A DNA stretch of 38,800 nt from Octopus bimaculoides (GCF_001194135.2 NC_068986.1:26218418-26257217), one strand, 5' to 3'; positions 11,626-24,619 are shown, numbered from the stretch's first letter. Notes: a model not told the origin generated them from the sequence alone. Numbers and translations are program-made.

Positions 11626-11808
11626 TTTGAGCTGGCAGAATTGTTAGTGTTGCAAAAAATACTTTACTGTATTTCTTTTGACTCATTACATTCTGAGTTC
11701 AAATTCTACCAAGGTCAACTTTGTCTTCGAACCTTTCAAGGGATGGTAAAATAAATACCAGCCAAGTACAATCCACTTGCCCCCTCCCATCAAAGATGCT
11801 GACTCTAT
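11626..11808 (+). mobile_element. Decayed tRNA-derived SINE (family of 27437-27664)
   Basis: TGAGCTGGCAGAATTGTTAG...ACATTCTGAGTTCAAATTCTACCAAGGTCAACTTTGTCTT. Confidence 0.75.
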
Positions 11809-11809
11809 G

Positions 11810-12171
11810 CAGTGTTCCCAACCTGTGGTACAAAGAACTCAAAGCAAACTTCATCTACCTTTGAAAATACTACAAAAGATTTAACCTTTTTGTTAACAAA
11901 TTTCTGTTGAAACACACTACCTTGGTTTCAATTAATTTTGAAAATAAGGGAGAATTTAGTAAAAATACCTGTTATTATGAAACTGGTGTTGGAACATGAA
12001 TATGAATTTTTGCTGAAATGCTAAAATTTGGATAATTTTAAAACAGCAAGCTTGGGGTAGAAGCAGGGGTAGTTTCAGGCAGGTTGGTCTCAAAAACGTA
12101 AAGGAAGGGAGTCAACTAATTCAACTTGTTATCAAATGGATACCAGACAAACAAAAGGTTGAGAAACACTG
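11810..12171. mobile_element. hAT-type MITE with a nested piggyBac-type MITE
   Basis: TIRs CAGTGTTCCCAACCT (11810) and AGGTTGAGAAACACTG (ends 12171); no clear 8-bp TSD. The interior 11881-~12105 starts TTAACCTTTT and matches the reverse complement of 32998-33214. Confidence 0.6.
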
Positions 12172-13503
12172 CTTTACAGTATGTATCTACTTCTTTATGA
12201 AACAAAAAACAAAAAATGGCTGTGACAATTTATAAAATAGTCAACTTAGAAATTCTGCCATTATTTGCAGGATATTAAGACAACTATAAATCTACTTTGA
12301 TTATCAAATAAATATAATTATTTTTCCTAAACATTCTGACAAAAATAAAATATTAATAGCTATAATTATTGGTTTTCTGACTAAGCAAAATCAGAAACAG
12401 TGTCAAACTCATTCAAAAAGTTATTAGATAAAACATCATTGTAAATATAATCTAATTCACCCACAGCTAATAACACAGCTGTTATTTTAGAGATGAATGC
12501 TCTGTTAGAATCTGCCTTTTAAAAATGTATGGTTTGCCAAGTTAATATCATTACTAAAAGGAGGTTAAAGAATATCTAGTACACATAATTATTTCTGAAT
12601 CTGAGAGACAAATATACTAAAATATGGTAACTTCATATAACCAATCAAACACAATGAAACAGACTCTCATCAATCAAACCAAAGGATACTTGTTCATGGC
12701 TTTAAAGCACTAACTCTTAGTATTACTCAGTGAAAATTAGGCTAGGCTGGAAAGTAATCCTATTCATTAAAGCTAAGTCAAAGATTAATCTTTCAGCAGG
12801 GTAGGATAATAGAGTTTTAAACCATTAAGTCGAAGGAGATTTTAATAAGTGATTAATTAGAAATTAAGAGATATATGTTTTATTCAAAGAAAAATAGAAT
12901 ATGTTGAGTGTTATATGTGTTTAACAAAATTGCTTAAAAACAATAAAGATATAATTATATGAACATAAAGCCCCATTTTTATGTGACATGTAAACAGTGT
13001 CAAAATCAAATTACATTAAGTAACAATACTACTAATTTTTCTGACATTAATTATAGTTATTGTTAAAATTCATTTACATATACATTTGTGGCAAGGTTTT
13101 TGTTATAGTTTACATATAACAAAATAAGCATAAACTTAATTAAATATTAAACCTCAAGTCAAGATTGGCTTCATATGTCAATAAGCTTAACTGAAGTTCA
13201 GGTAAATTTAGTTTACCTTCAAAATTTGTCACTAATATCAAGGATTAAAACTTACTTTAATTATGGATGCATTCATATCAAAAACAAAGACTGTATCAAT
13301 TTCATGTTACTTTCTGCTCATGTAATTAGTTAAGATAGATAATAAGCTAAATATAGAGAAATCTAATGAACTTAATTAAAGTTTAAGAAAACTTATTAAT
13401 ATCGCTTCTTAAATAAAAATGAATAGAAAGACAAAAAAGTATAGGTTTCCTCTACAAAATAAATTGAACTTATGTGAAATTCATCTTTTTTTTTAACTAA
13501 CTA

Positions 13504-13665
13504 GGCGTAGGAGTGGCTGTGTGGTAAGTAGCTTGCTTACGAACCACATGGTTCATGGTTCAGTCCCACTGCGTGGCATCTTGGGCAAGTGTCTTCTACT
13601 ATAGCCTCGGGCCGACCAAAGCCTTGTGAGTGGATTTGGTAGACGGAAACTGAAAGAAGCCCATC

Positions 13666-13749
<84 letters not shown>

Positions 13750-13957
13750 TTGTGTGCCTGTGTTTGTCCCCCCCCCAACATCGCTTGACAACCGATGCTG
13801 ATGTGTTTATGTCCCCGTAACTTAGCGGTTTGGCAGAAAAGACCGATAGAATAGGTACTAGGCTTACAAAGAATAAGTCCTGGGGTCGATTTGCTCGACT
13901 AAAAGGCAGTGCTCCTGCATGGCCATAGTCAACTGACTGAAACAAGTAAAAGAGTAA
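13504..13957 (+). mobile_element. Near full-length, little-diverged tRNA-derived SINE with CORE-like domain and internal (TG)n
   Basis: Head with A-box-like TGGCTGTGTGG and B-box-like GGTTCAGTCCC, CORE-like CTTGGGCAAGTG, a long internal (TG)n at about 13671-13744, and tail GACTGAAACAAGTAAAAGAG. Confidence 0.92.
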
Positions 13958-14619
13958 CATTTTTGAAACCATAGCATTACTGAAAATTCAGATTCATGCT
14001 AACATTAACTCGGTTATCTTTTGTTTCAAAAATATAGAATGGTGTATATGCACATACATTGTTCTTAAATGTATAAATAGTTTAAGAATTTTATTTAACA
14101 AATGTATTTCAATACTATAAAAGAAAATTAATCTGAAGAGTGGGAGAGTTTTATAAACTTTACATCTAAAAATATGTAATGAAATATGCCATGGTTATAT
14201 CTGTTCATTACCAATGATTTTCGCTGTTATATTTCATCTATATTATTAAAAATTAAAATTCATGATTTTCAAAAAATGCTAAAATAAGCTACTCAAATGA
14301 AAACTTGCATTAATTAAAAAGTCTTTCACTTGGATAATAATTAAATATACTAATGGCAGTGTGCATGACTATCAAAAGCTCGCTTCTCGCTGGGGAGGTA
14401 TAGGGCAGAAAAAAGTTTGCCAAGGTTCCATTTCTGAAGTAAAGTTGAACAAAGTATTTAGTATGGGATCTGGAGAGTGAGATATATCAAGGGTATCAAG
14501 AAAAGCAAAGGTAAATGCATCTGCTGGTGCACAGTAAGCAACATTATAATAGCAGCAGATGAGACAGAAGGGAGATACAGCATGTAAGTGGACTATCATG
14601 CTTGTAAGAGAAGGCTCAC

Positions 14620-14647
14620 CTACCAGAGAATATCTATCTAATCTAAT
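14620..14647 (-). CDS. Candidate microexon (18 nt DRYSLV, phase 1-1, or 28 nt IRLDRYSLV, phase 0-1)
   Basis: Donor TAG|GTGAGC at 14620; acceptors TTCTTCATTTCAG| (14647) or ATTAG| (14637). Signals only. Confidence 0.3.
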
Positions 14648-14776
14648 CTGAAATGAAGAATGTGATAACTGTATATTACTAGGTATGTGAATAGAACCAT
14701 AATGAAGTGAGTTTGAAAAGAAGGCAAGTCAATAATCTTGATGAAATTATAGCTGTGGGTTTGCCATTCAAGATTT

Positions 14777-14990
14777 TGGCAGTAGATTGGTAGAATCATT
14801 AGAGTATTAGAAAAAAGCTTTGACATATTGGATCTAACTGTTTAGGATTTCAGGTGAAACTCAAGCACGGTGAACTTTGCCTTTCTTCCTTCTGGAGTTG
14901 ACAAAAAGTACAAGTTAGGAATTGGGATTAATATAAGTCACTGCTCCATCCCCTCAAAGTGCAAGGTTTTGTGCCTGTGTAAAACATTAC
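14777..14990 (+). mobile_element. Decayed tRNA-derived SINE (family of 27437-27664)
   Basis: TTGGTAGAATCATTAG...GGTGAACTTTGCCTTTCTTCCTTCTGGAGTTGACAAAAAGTAC...CCCCTCAAA. Confidence 0.6.
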
Positions 14991-16918
14991 TATGATGTAA
15001 CAGATAAGAGATTTTCAGTGATTTGAGTGTATAAGTGAGTATGGGTCGTGTATTGAGCAGGCAGCTTTTATTGATTATGATCTAAATGCATGTAGGTGTG
15101 TGTGCAGTACAACACTGTAGAGAATATGGGTGCTTTGTTAAGTGTTTGCAGCAGTTCAAAATTGGTTAAGTCATGTGTTCTAGGTTTTCATAACAAATTG
15201 AGACATGAGCTCTTGGTATGATTTCCTTTCATTCTGGTGATGGTGAATGTGATGAAGTTGTCGATTCCACCATGTATGATGTTTTGAAGTTCTTCATTAC
15301 TGGATAAACACACAGGTTGGTAAAGAGTTGTTAAATTTTCATGCAGGTAATATCAACACACCCAAAATGAAAGAAGCATGCAAATTTATTTATCAGCTTG
15401 GGAGATTCAATGATTTCAAGCTGACAATAGAGTTCACTGATATGGAGAATGATAAAGGTTGGGGAAATGACTAATACCCGAGATACTTCTTAAATGATAG
15501 TAGGGGGTAGGTGGTATGGAAAACTCAACATATGCATCAACAGAACAACCTATAAAAAGAAGCTTCAAATCTCAGTTAACAGCTTTGCTTTTGCTTGTTC
15601 TCCAGAGTAAGAACCATAAAGAAGAACAAATCATTGATAAATCTGACTTTCTAGTTTGTATTTATGAATCTTAAGTAGATCATAAAATAGCTTTTCTACT
15701 AACTTGAGAGCCTGTTTTTCAGCTTTATAATACAGGCCAGCAAAGAAAGAGAGGGGAGGGGGGGGGGAAACGGGATATATGCAAGATGGGGGCAAGATGA
15801 AAGGGGGGATATGTGAGAGGAGAAGAAATGAAAGAGGAGGAGGCAAAAAAGAAGAAAGAGACAGGTGAGAAATACAGAGAGACAGATGTGAGAAAGAGGA
15901 GAGAGTGGACAGAAACATGAGAGAAAAGTAGAAAAGAGAGATGAATAGAAAATAGAATGGGAAGCTTAATGAGGTTAGAGGCATTTGAGGATAACTTGAT
16001 AACTAATAAATTTATTTGATAGCAATAATAAGCCAAGACTGATGACTAGATGGAAGCTACCCGGAGGTGATATTTGTGAAAATTTTATGTGTGAACATAT
16101 TTAAGCTTGTGTATAACTGCATGTGTACCTATGAATATAAATGTATTTGTTGTATTGAAATTAATAAATTAAGATCATGTTTGAAAAAATTCAAACTTAA
16201 TGAAATCAAACACAAACAGCAAACAAAACCATAGTCATGCAAACAAAAAAAAAAAAATAGAAAGGAAAAAATTAAGAATGAAAATCTTTATTTCAAGAAG
16301 TATACAAGTATCAAGTGAAGAATCCAATACAGAAAAAGAATACTTCCAAGTTCTTCCTATTGTCTCCAATAGACTGTATTGTTAAGAATACATAATTGCT
16401 CATTGGAAAAATAAGATTATTGCACATCAAAAGTATCTTTTTGAGATAAGAAAATTCTTGTATTTTTATTATAATTAATGGTTTAACCAGGGAAGAAAAG
16501 GTAGCACCCGTGACCTTATGCAAACATCTCTGGGATTAGGGAAGGGAAAAATCACAACTTATGGGTTAATGCAGAAGGAAGCATTGCATTAAGCTATTGA
16601 GTTATGCTCAGATCAGAGACCTTATTCAAATGAAACCCACTAAACCAAGCAAGTGAACTAGGCCTAACAGCCAAATTATGTATACAGTTAAGTAATTAGT
16701 TCACATAGTCTATGAGTGAAAATTGAAATTAACAATAATGCACGCTCATAATAAAGAGATACATTATTCTCATTAACCACCTAATAGAGAGAAGACTGAT
16801 TAGAATTGTTTAACCCATACTGTTGAGTTCGGCATAGCTTGTATAATTACAAAACAAGCATTCACTTAAAATAAAATATTTAATCTAAAATCAAAAAGTT
16901 GCCATGCCACATTGCTGA

Positions 16919-16920
<2 letters not shown>

Positions 16921-16972
<52 letters not shown>
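16921..16972. repeat. (TA)n microsatellite
   Basis: Directly visible. Confidence 0.95.
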
Positions 16973-16978
<6 letters not shown>

Positions 16979-17684
16979 AGCAGGTGTAAAATAAACAGAC
17001 AAATTGGAACTTTTCAGGTAACCAGGTGAATGGAATATACCCAACAATAAAAATCTTTGTAAATTTTTGAATTTATGAAAACTATCCTACCCATATTAAC
17101 AGGAACAACAGAAACAAAGCTAAAATATAAATATCTTTTATTCTTGAATTTAAGTATCTTCAAAACAAGATATAAAATATTCAATTTTTCTTATTAGGAA
17201 TATCATATTTCTATAAATAAATTATTCCTCAGAGAAACTATAATTCTCTTTTTCTTTTCAAATATATTTTCATGACATCATAGGTTGGATGGCACCATAC
17301 AATCAGAAAATAGAATTTAATCTATAACATCAAGACAAGAGAAATAGAATACATAATAAAGGAAAAGTATAATTACGAATTACTCAAATGTAAAACTTTA
17401 GAGTAATTACATAAAGCATTTTTAATAGTTGACCATATAATCTGCTTTACAGACTTAACCAAACTTATGACAGTAAATAAAGACAGATGTAAATAATAAC
17501 AATGATTTCTTACATTGGTACAATATCAAACATTTGTAATTGATTGAATTGAATAATATTTATTTTATTGCTCTTTGATTGATGAAAGGTTTTGAAAATA
17601 TTTGAAGAAAAAAGGAGATATATGACTAAATATTGAATAGCATTTAGTTCAGCCTACTAATATTTTAGTCAAATTGCTACCCTA

Positions 17685-17920
17685 ATAATAATAATATCAA
17701 TTTTCTACATTGATATTATTGTCAGGGTCACTAATTCAAAGTGAGGGTACAGTTAACTGAATCAACCTTAGGACTTGATTGGTATTTAACTTTATTGATT
17801 CTGAAAGGATGGAAGGCAAAGTTGACACCAGTGGGATTTGAACTCAAAACACAAAGAGCTGAAACTAAATATCAAAGAACTTTGTTCAATGCTAACACAA
17901 TTATTCTAACTCACTGTCCC
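17685..17920 (-). mobile_element. Decayed tRNA-derived SINE (family of 27437-27664)
   Basis: TGGTATTTAACTTTATTGATTCTGAAAGGATGGAAGGCAAAGTTGAC...GGGATTTGAACTCA is a reverse complement of the family core. Confidence 0.75.
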
Positions 17921-19928
17921 AACCTGACATTAGTAATAATTTTTCAAGTACTTATTTTGCTTCGTAATTAATGTATGTGAGAGTAAAAAAAAAAAAAAAA
18001 ATGTGATGTTCACCTTTTCCCCAATATTTATAATTAACATAGTTTCAATATTGAGGAGAAACTGGGTCACAAAATTAGACTGAAAAATTATGACTGCTCA
18101 AAACTAAGAACAGCTGTTTTAATGATTTTATTTGTAAACAAAAAGTCATTATGCAAGTAACATAAAATCTATTAACCTTGACAACACTAAGCTTAGTTCT
18201 GAACTCCAGACATGAATATTGAACCACTCAATACTAATACAAAATACCTGAAATGTGTTTATAGCTGCTTTTTTTCAATCACAGTAAAAGTTCCTATTTC
18301 ATTGTCACAATTAAGTTCTATTTCTCTTACTTCTTGCTATATTCCAAACTTAAGTGCTGGTTTTGCTTTAATAATAATCAATTCTTTGTGAGTCGAGTGT
18401 GTATCATGATTTCACTTACCAAAGAGAATCATTTTACTTATGTTACTAATACAAATTTATATTTCCTTTCCTCATTTATTTTGGATACTATACCTATGCA
18501 ACTACAAAAGCGGCAACTTGTAGAGGCTTTTCAATAGGGGAAGTCAATATAGGGCAAAGAAAAGACATTTAATATTCACATTAAATTTGTTTTCATGATG
18601 AAACAATATGCAAATATACTACTATATAATGCCATATATGGATATAAGCATATTTTGTCATGAAGCCCTATTTGACAGAATCATGTTCAAAGTCCTAATC
18701 GTATAATGTTTGACTTTGCTTTATAACCTCCCAAAGTTGATAAAATAAGCACCGGTGAAGAACTAGGTTCAGTTTAATTAACCATACTTCAATCCAAAAT
18801 ATGATACTTTGTGCCAATGTAAGAAATTTATTACAGGAGAGAAATTGTAGTAGAGTTGTATATCATGTTGTGGCTCTTAGACAAAAAAATATTACTTGCC
18901 TATAAAATAGATGTCACTCCTCATAACTGCTTGGTAATTATTAGAAAAAAAACCAAAATAACAAAAAGACACTGAATGGTCAAAATACTAGCTCCTAAAA
19001 TTTACATATGTAAACTGGTGTGAAAATTTTCAAAATGTTTTAATACTATATCCTCTACAATAGTGCCTGCTATAGAGCATTAAGCAAGCAGCTAGTAAAG
19101 ACAGGTGAATTTCAAATACTACTTTTAAGCCAATTCATTTTATCTACACCACTAATTCCTTTGGGAATATCATAAACATTACATAATTATTTATGGTTCT
19201 CTCTAAATTTTCATAGGTTATAATTTGTCTTTCCTGTCTTTACCTATGAGCACTCAATTCAACTATTTTTTCATCTGAGTCACCCTAAAAAATCACAACA
19301 AAACTTTACTCCAAAACTTTTTTCTTTGAAATACAACTATCTGATGCTTTGCTGCATTAATATTTTCTCTCTAGACTTCAACCTGCAGAAATTTAATCTG
19401 AATAATAACCACATCAACCTCATCAGTACAGAGAAGAGTCTGCTTCTAAAGGACTTTCCTCTCTAGATTAAAATTTTAAAACATCCAAAACACTGAATTC
19501 ACAACATCTGTTGTTAACGAACATTTTTTTGTGCCTTTCACAATTCAATAGAAAAATGGTGTGAGCACAAAATGTAATAAATTTTGTGAGATTTGGTTAA
19601 ATATTCTACTTATCTAAATTAAAGTCATCTGCTTCAACCTGACTAATTCCTCTAGAATTCATAAAAATCACTCTTTGCAAAATCCATTATAACCAAAGAA
19701 AATGTCCAACTTGTGGCAGATACTTGACATTTAAAATAAACTGAACTGTTACAAAACAACAAACCATTACACAGCTTATGTCAAAATAACAACCTAGACT
19801 CAATAGCAAAGTTAACCAAAAAAACTCTTGTCTACAAAACTGAGCTGCTTCCCACTACCTTCATTCAGCTAAATGATGAACTTGAACTTGACACTCAATG
19901 CAGTTATAACTTTTGGTAGCTAAGAGTG

Positions 19929-20245
19929 TTAACCCTTTAGCATTCAGACTACTCTACAAATGTAATTCTTATTTATTCATATTGTTTAGAAATTAATCAT
20001 ACATATTTTATGTTCAAACAAGCCGGATTTAGCCTCTCACACCTACACTACAATGTCATTCTAAAAATATACAACCACATCATCAAAATTTCAAGGCTAT
20101 GAGATAATCATCATCATCATCATTTAATACGGACGTTAAATGATGATGATATTTTTAGAATGACATTGTAGTGTAAGTGTGAGAGGCTAGATCTGGCTGG
20201 TTTGAACATAAAACAGGCCGGATATGGCCAGTTTAAAAGGATTAA
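19929..20245 (+). mobile_element. piggyBac-type MITE with an internal inverted duplication
   Basis: TTAACCCTTTAGCATT...AAAAGGATTAA termini. 20006-20070 is the reverse complement of 20149-20213. Confidence 0.8.
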
Positions 20246-21270
20246 GCCAATGAGAATCATGTATACTGTCTACAAACACAGGACCAGTAGTAGCTAAAGA
20301 CATTGACAAGATACAAAACATCCACCCTTCTGTTGGTGGTCTGATATCTAATCAACTTGCCTAGCTATGAATTTACAAATATATAAAACATTATCATTAT
20401 TTTTCGCAATTCTATTAGTAATTACTCTAACATCATTATCGGCAATTTATATTCTTTAACATTATCCCAAAATTTTTTTGTGTTCCAGATACCTTTGTTA
20501 ATATCAAGAGAAGACTACTATCAACACAAAATTTGGTTAAATTATAGATATATCAATTCCTGTCTTAATAAAGAAATGCAGTATAAGATTAATAACTTTC
20601 AATAGTATTTTTAAATTTATTATTTAAAACTATAACTAACCTCAAATGATTAGCATAACAAAAAGAGTTATTTAATGAGAAGGTCATCTATGACTGAATA
20701 ATTAATTTGATTTACCAAACTACTTCAATAAGCAATGATTGAATGTTGTGTAACAAATATTTTATTGTTTTTGTTTTTCATATTAAAAATAAGTCTTATG
20801 GCTTATAGATAAGTCATTGCTTGCTCTACTATTCACCCTCTTGGTCATGTTTCCCAGAGCAAACAGACATACTTTACCATTTTGAGCCATCTTGAGTCTT
20901 ATAAGGTACAATGCAACCTCACTAACGCTGGTGCTATGATAAAATAGACCCAGTACACTCTAAAATGGTTAACAAATGAGTAGAAATAATATAGGGTCAA
21001 GAGGACCCTTTATTCTTGTCAAGGACATGACAACCTCTCTAGTGCTGGACCATGATAAAATGCATCAAGCACTCTGTAAAGTGATTCGTATTAGGAAGGC
21101 CATCTAACAGTAGAAACCAAAATAAAAATGAACTTATCAGTGAGACCTGGTCCTCCAACATTCTTAAGAGAGCAGTAACTCCAAATAAAAAGTGACTTAG
21201 ACTGGGTCGACCTGTTCAACCCATACTAGCAAGAAAAGTGATGTAAAATGATTATGATATCTATCTATCT

Positions 21271-22228
21271 AGTAGATAGTTTCTGCTGCCTAAGGGACCA
21301 AATTAGTAGTGGGAGTAGATGCTTGGAGAATATGATAGCTAAAATAAGAATAGGATGAAGGAGATTTAGAGAGATGTTACCTTACAAAAGGTCTCTCTAG
21401 CCAAGTGGAAGGAAAATTGTATGATGCATGTATATGAACAACAATTCTAAATGGTAGGGTGACATGGACCCTGAATGCAGAGGACATGCAATGGTTAGAG
21501 AGGAATGACACTAATATACTCTGCTGGATCTGTAATATAAGTGTACATGTTTGATAGGGTGCTAGTGTTTTGAGAGAGAAGTTAAGCATAAGAGGAATAA
21601 GATGCTGTGTGCAAGAGAGAAGACTGAGCTGGTTTGGTCATGTGATGCAGATGGCTGCCTACAGCGCCATAAAGAAGTACCAATCTCTCAAAGTGAATGG
21701 AACATGTGGAAGTGGGAGACCCAGGAAGACATGGGATGAAGTACTGAAGAATGACCTCAGGATGCTGAGCCTTGCAGATGAGATGACAAAGGACTGAGAT
21801 GCCTGGCGCCTTGCTGTTCTTAAGAAAATCTGTACTCTGCAGCAGGAATGTTAAGACCAATCCTTCTGGCGGTGTAAAAGCACTCATGACGGTTCTACAT
21901 AAAAGTGCCAGAGTGGCAAAAGACAAAAGCACTTGTGTGGTGCCACATAAAAGCACCCAGTTGGTCCCCTGGTGAAGAGGACTGGCCTGCAAGAATTCTG
22001 TGCTGGAGCCATGTAAAAAGCACTCGTGCCGGTACCATGTAAAATCACTCATGCAGTGCGATGTAAAAGCACCCAGTACACTCTGTAAAGTGTTTTGCAT
22101 TGGGAAGGGCATCCAGTTGTAGAAACCATGCCGAGTCAGACTGGAGCCTGGTGCAGCTCTCCAGCTCTGGGCAAATCGTCCAACCCATGCCAGCATGGAC
22201 AATGGACATTAAATGATGATGATGATGA
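21271..22228 (+). mobile_element. 5'-truncated RTE-clade LINE: decayed C-terminal ORF plus 3' UTR and (GAT)n tail
   Basis: Translates VDSFCCLRDQISSG...KLYDACI...LERND...ERRLSWFGHVMQM...GSGRPRKTWDEVLKNDLR. These are the RLxWFGHV and GRPRKTW motifs typical of RTE ORF C-termini. Contains stops and frameshifts. Confidence 0.9.
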
Positions 22229-22399
22229 TCACACACACACACACCTCATCACCACTTGCATCACTTTCTAACTTCTCACTCCACCCTCTTTTATAAATGT
22301 TAGTAATCATGTCACTCTTCTAAATAAGAAATGTGTTCAGCTCTGCTCCCCACTCTACTTACCCTTCTAGCATAAAGTTTCCACTCTCTATTCGGGTTA

Positions 22400-22620
22400 C
22401 ATAGTCTTGCAAGCTGCATGGCAGCCTCACTAGCACTGGTGACATGCAAAAAGCACCCAACAAACACTGTAAAGTGGTTGGCATTCAGAAGGACATAGAA
22501 ATAACATCAAACATTGATACACAAAACAGTCCTTGGGTCATTGGAACCTGTTAAACTGTCTAACCCATGCCAACATGGAACACTGATATTAAATGAGGAG
22601 GTTGATGATGATGATGAATT
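22400..22620 (+). mobile_element. Decayed element with RTE-type tail
   Basis: GTCTTGCAAGCTGCATGGCAGCCTCACTAGCACTGG...AACCCATGCCAACATGGAAC..TTAAATGAGGAGGTTGATGATGATG. Confidence 0.7.
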
Positions 22621-24050
22621 TTACAAGTGATTTCTTGAATATATTGTGCCCAACTTATTTTAAAATTTTCCACAGTCGATGACTGGATCCAAATGAATGG
22701 ATCGAATAAAGTTAGTATTGCTGAAAGTAACAATAATAATACTTGAGCAGATACTTTTATTTTATTTATTTATTGATAGTTTTTCCTTCTCTAAACTACT
22801 TTCAAATCATCCAGACTAAAAAGTTACATAACTGAGTCATTTTCATATCCTGAAGTAAAACCCCAGAAAGAATACTGTATCGTCTAATTGAGCTGAAAAA
22901 TATCATTATACTATTCCCCTGTTTTACAATCCATAAATTCACATAAGATATATTATTAAAAAACAGTGCTTTAGTGACTAATTGCAATAACAATTGATTT
23001 TCTAACTAAACATGACAAATCAAACACAAAATAGAAGCTAGCACACACACACACATACACACTCAAAACAGCAAAGCTGACCAATTGATTTGTGATACTA
23101 AACTTATTATGAATTAAAAATTACCTTTCAAAGAGGCTAACGGCGATCTAAGAATAGTTTAATAAGTTACAGATAAGAAGTGATGTGACGGAATGATTTT
23201 TAAATTCCACGATCATATTGTTAATAGCAAGAAACAATATAAAATAATCAGTGAGAATGACTAACTCTTTCAAAATATACGAAGAGTCTTTAGAATTTTA
23301 TTTAATTAATATCATGTTCATATGCAACTATTCTAAATTTTTAGTATATCAAAAGTGGGGGTAGGCTAAAATGATAATCATAGATACTGTTGCATTGTGT
23401 TTTGAGGTAAGGGATCTTATTGTATTTACCTCACAGTAAAGCTAGTTGGAAAACATTCAACAGCATAAATGAAGGGATTTTTTTTTGTTTTGTTTTTATG
23501 ATAGAAGATCCAGTCATAAAACACCTGTTTTAATGATACATGCAAATGTCTAAATTCAAATCTAACACATGCAAGCAGAGAAACATGTAACAAGAAAAAA
23601 ATCTAGTATAAACTAATATTTTTGTAGTATATGATTAAAAAAAAAAATTCCAATTCCCAGTTTTCTATAACACTGTCCTGATGAATAAAACCATAGATTC
23701 CCGATCTATGGGAGAAGAATTCAATCTCATTTTGGAAGTGGAGTTCAAATTTCATTGATTGGTTTCACATCTGTTAATGGATTGGAGCTGAAAGTGTTGT
23801 AAAAATATCCTACAGAATGTCAAATTCCATCAAATATTGCACAATACTTAAAACACAAACACTTAAAATTTATATAGCACATACTAGATAATCTATAATA
23901 TATCAATATTTAACAATAATCATTTTAATTAAAATTAAACTAAACAGAGCATAGCCATATTAAATTATGTTTAAGCAGACAAGTAACATTAACAACATTT
24001 AATATCAATTTAAAGAATCATTCATATTTTTGGAAGAAAACAATGCTAAC

Positions 24051-24154
24051 CTTTTTCTTGTTCTCTCCTAGTAAATTCCTCTTCTTGGCGTCTTTCAATT
24101 TCTTCCAGTACACGTCTCATTTCTTCATTACGATGAAGTTTTTCATAATTATCT
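24051..24154 (-). CDS. Internal coding exon, 104 nt, phase 2-1: DNYEKLHRNEEMRRVLEEIERRQEEEFTRREQEK; charged, probably helical or coiled-coil segment
   Basis: Acceptor CCTTTTTCTTATGTAG|, donor AAAG|GTTAGC. Open frame with protein-like, A/T-ending codons. Confidence 0.85.
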
Positions 24155-24619
24155 CTACATAAGAAAAAGGAACAAAACTAAAAACAAATATCATAAATTA
24201 TGAGGTATTTGAAAAATATTCCCTAACACTGATTTGTACTGGACCAGTGATATAATTCATCATCATCATGATCACAGCTTAACATCCAATTTTGCATATC
24301 CAAATTAAAGACCCTAAAAGTTAATAAATTGTGGATTGTAAAGCATACTAATAAGATATGAACAGTACCTTGCTCAAGGTCAAAAGATTCTATAATGTTG
24401 TAAAATAAATAGGTACTAGATCCACACAATGACAAAGAAATTAAGAAACATCCTTACACAAGTACCGAGCATAAAAACATGCTCACCTGGTTGTTGTGCT
24501 ATCAACAAGCATTCAACAGGCTTCTCCAGAGCCACATTTAGCATCAGCTGATCTAATTGAAGTTACTCATAAAATGATAGTATGAAATCTGAAAACTATC
24601 AAACTATAATTTAACTCTC

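Noticed and set aside
13537-13972. ORFs with HT or CV repeats
   Set aside because: They are translations of the (TG)n tract inside a SINE.
14372-14599. 75-aa minus-strand ORF MIVHLHAV...
   Set aside because: It starts just inside a strong donor, so it is most likely intronic, and it has no recognisable domain.
15000-15960. Possible Penelope-like element remnant followed by a polypurine tract
   Set aside because: Only faint resemblances (KPRT, KEACKFIYQLG) on opposite strands, with no motif I can defend. It needs a profile search.
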